Source of the DNA: Eledone cirrhosa
Taxonomy: Eukaryota
DNA length: 42,900 nucleotides
Direction of reading: 5' to 3'
Assembly (NCBI GenBank): GCA_964016885.1
Contig: CAXHJY010000362.1
Location: 1-42,900 of the forward strand
Below the pieces are notes generated by a model that saw nothing but the letters and a program-made list of their open reading frames with translations, did not search any database and had not been told where the DNA came from. This document shows positions 40,928-42,900 of this stretch, in pieces. The translations under genes and the position numbers were made by a program. How positions within the stretch are numbered: the first letter of the stretch is position 1; the number at the start of each line of letters is the position of its first letter.

Positions 40928-42900
40928 ATGGAGAAGCACTGTATAGGTATGTCACTAAAAAACATACCTGTACCTACAAAAAAGGACTATACACTGGGCA
41001 TGATACGACGGACTAATGATTTCATCCGCAGGGTCCGATGGAAAGCTTACCATTTCGATAAGGGACCGAATACCAACGGAAGGGAATTTTCCAAGGAGAA
41101 TTACGGGTTTAAATCCTGCAAAAACCCGCCAAACAACCCCGCACTCGATGCCTTCGAGCTGGACCTTATGAACATGATAAGTGAAACTAAATTTAAAAAA
41201 AGAACAAATCACAACAAATTGCAAAATGACTTAAATACATTACTTAGAAAACTAAAAGACACTAACGGTATCATAGTAAAAGCAGACAAAACATCAAACG
41301 TGTACTCTATGGACATTAACACATACAATAACTTTATTCAGCGTGAACTACATAAAAAATATAAAAAAACAAATGAATCTACACTCACCAGCATTAACAT
41401 GTAGGGCCTCAAGATAGTTAATAAACTCGAAATTTCAGATAGGACCAAACCGCTTACCCCGTGCAACCCTACATTTAACCTGAAGGATCACAATAATAAC
41501 TTTGAAACTAATCCCACCATTAGATTAATATTCCCATCCAAGTCAGACATAGGTAAAATTAGCAAAAACATTCTAGATAGGGTAATCGCACAAATAAAGG
41601 GTAAACTAGAAATCAATTTATGGGGCAACACTAACGAGGCAATTAAATGGTTCAATAAAATACAAAATAGGGAGACGTGTAACTTCATACAATTTGATAT
41701 AGACGACTATTATGCATCCATATCCCCAGCTACCCTAGATAAGGCGCTTATATTTGCCCAAAATAACTCTGATCTTACCCATGAAGAAATTGAAATAATA
41801 ATAGCGGCTAGAAGGACTATCATAAAATTTGAAAATAACTACTGGGTAAGAAAGGATAGAATAAATAGCTTCGATATAACAATGGGATCAAATGATTCTG
41901 CGCAAATCACAGATATCGTGGGGCTATTCATAGCACACAACCTACATAAGGAATTCAGTAACCTCCAAGGAGGAATTTATGGGGTGACACGTTACTTATA
42001 GCTAGGAACCTAAACAACCAGAGCATGGAAAGACTAAGGAAAAATATTAGAATATTCTTCAAAAAACTAGGCCTAAGTATTACCTACGAACTAAACCATA
42101 AGAAGGTAAATTTTCTAGATGTAACTCTAAATCTAAATACTGGATTAATAGAACCTTTCCACAAAAATAATGAAAATCTTGCCTACATTAGTTACAACTC
42201 AAATCACCCCAAATCCATAATTAAATCCATAGCACGTAGTATATCCCTCCGAATATCCCGCTTATCCTCAAACCTAGAAATCTTTAACGAGCATGCTGAC
42301 TATTATAATGCAACATTAAGTAGGGCCGGTCATAAAGATAAACTACAGTATATAGTGAATAAGGACAACATAAACAATCCTAGAAATTACTACTCCAACC
42401 GCTCACATAATAATAGGAATAGCTTGACTAGACATAGGGTTAGACATGTAACACCTGAAGTAAACGGCCAAAACAATAATAACGTAAACCCAAGAAACAA
42501 TAGAAGAAACAGACAAAGAAAATACCTATGGTTCAACCCAATATTCAACTCCTCTATAAAAACTAGACTGCCCTCTACATTCTTTAAACTAATAGATAAA
42601 CACTTCCCTATCTCGCATAGATATCACAAAATACTCAATAGATCTACTATAAAACTCTCATTCTCAACAGCAGCTAACATAGAATCACACATACGCAAGA
42701 TCAACCACAGAAATATCTCTAGTAAATCAATTGCACCTATACATAAGCACAAACTCATCATAACATCACAACCACAAGCGCATACAAACGCGCAGCAGCA
42801 AAACCCCATTGGGCATATATCACAGCCCACTTATAACAGAGTTCTAAACAGGAATGTAAAAGCTGCACAAAATAGCGCCTCAAACTGTAACTGTCACCTC
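40928..42900 (+). pseudogene. Penelope-like reverse transcriptase ORF (disrupted; runs off the window)
   Basis: SLKNIP, RWKAY, YGFKS, ADKT, LKDH, RLIFPSKSDIG, FIQFDIDDYYASI, FDITMGS, VNFLDV, SNHP, WFNP, CNC. Premature TAG at 41402-41404. A 1-nt frameshift at ~41985 falls within the YxDD motif. Confidence 0.92.

Larger units (their letters stand above)
38905..42900. mobile_element. Penelope-like element with a 5' inverted segment (38905-40637 minus; 40635 to window end plus)
   Basis: 40285-40637 is the reverse complement of 42548-42900. 38905-38981 is the reverse complement of 40635-40708. RT and GIY-YIG coding regions present. The left end joins (TA)n. Confidence 0.93.

Overview
This is AT-rich, repeat-dense eukaryotic DNA (intronic or intergenic). 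The SINE repertoire and very large (TA)n tracts suggest a coleoid cephalopod such as an octopus (inference). I found no convincing host gene; almost all long ORFs in the supplied track are translations of microsatellites. Transposable elements present: two CR1/L2-group LINE families, several RTE remnants, a bipartite non-autonomous RTE, a degenerate ZMYM1-like hAT, an internally deleted Helitron with a ~180-bp tandem array, a mini-Helitron, a mariner MITE and many tRNA-derived SINEs. There are also minisatellites and two multi-kb (TA)n arrays. The most notable region is 33.2-42.9 kb, where a (TA)n-rich zone holds a chain of retroelements. It contains three unrelated minimal type I hammerhead ribozyme (HHR) motifs (33633-33709 +, 38545-38589 +, 38960-39072 -) plus a half-HHR at ~40635. 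It also contains a 657-bp ORF-less retrozyme/pLTR-like unit and a Penelope-like element (RT + GIY-YIG) whose inversion junction lies ~12 nt upstream of the predicted self-cleavage site. Several near-perfect fold-back palindromes occur elsewhere, two of them centred on (TA)n.
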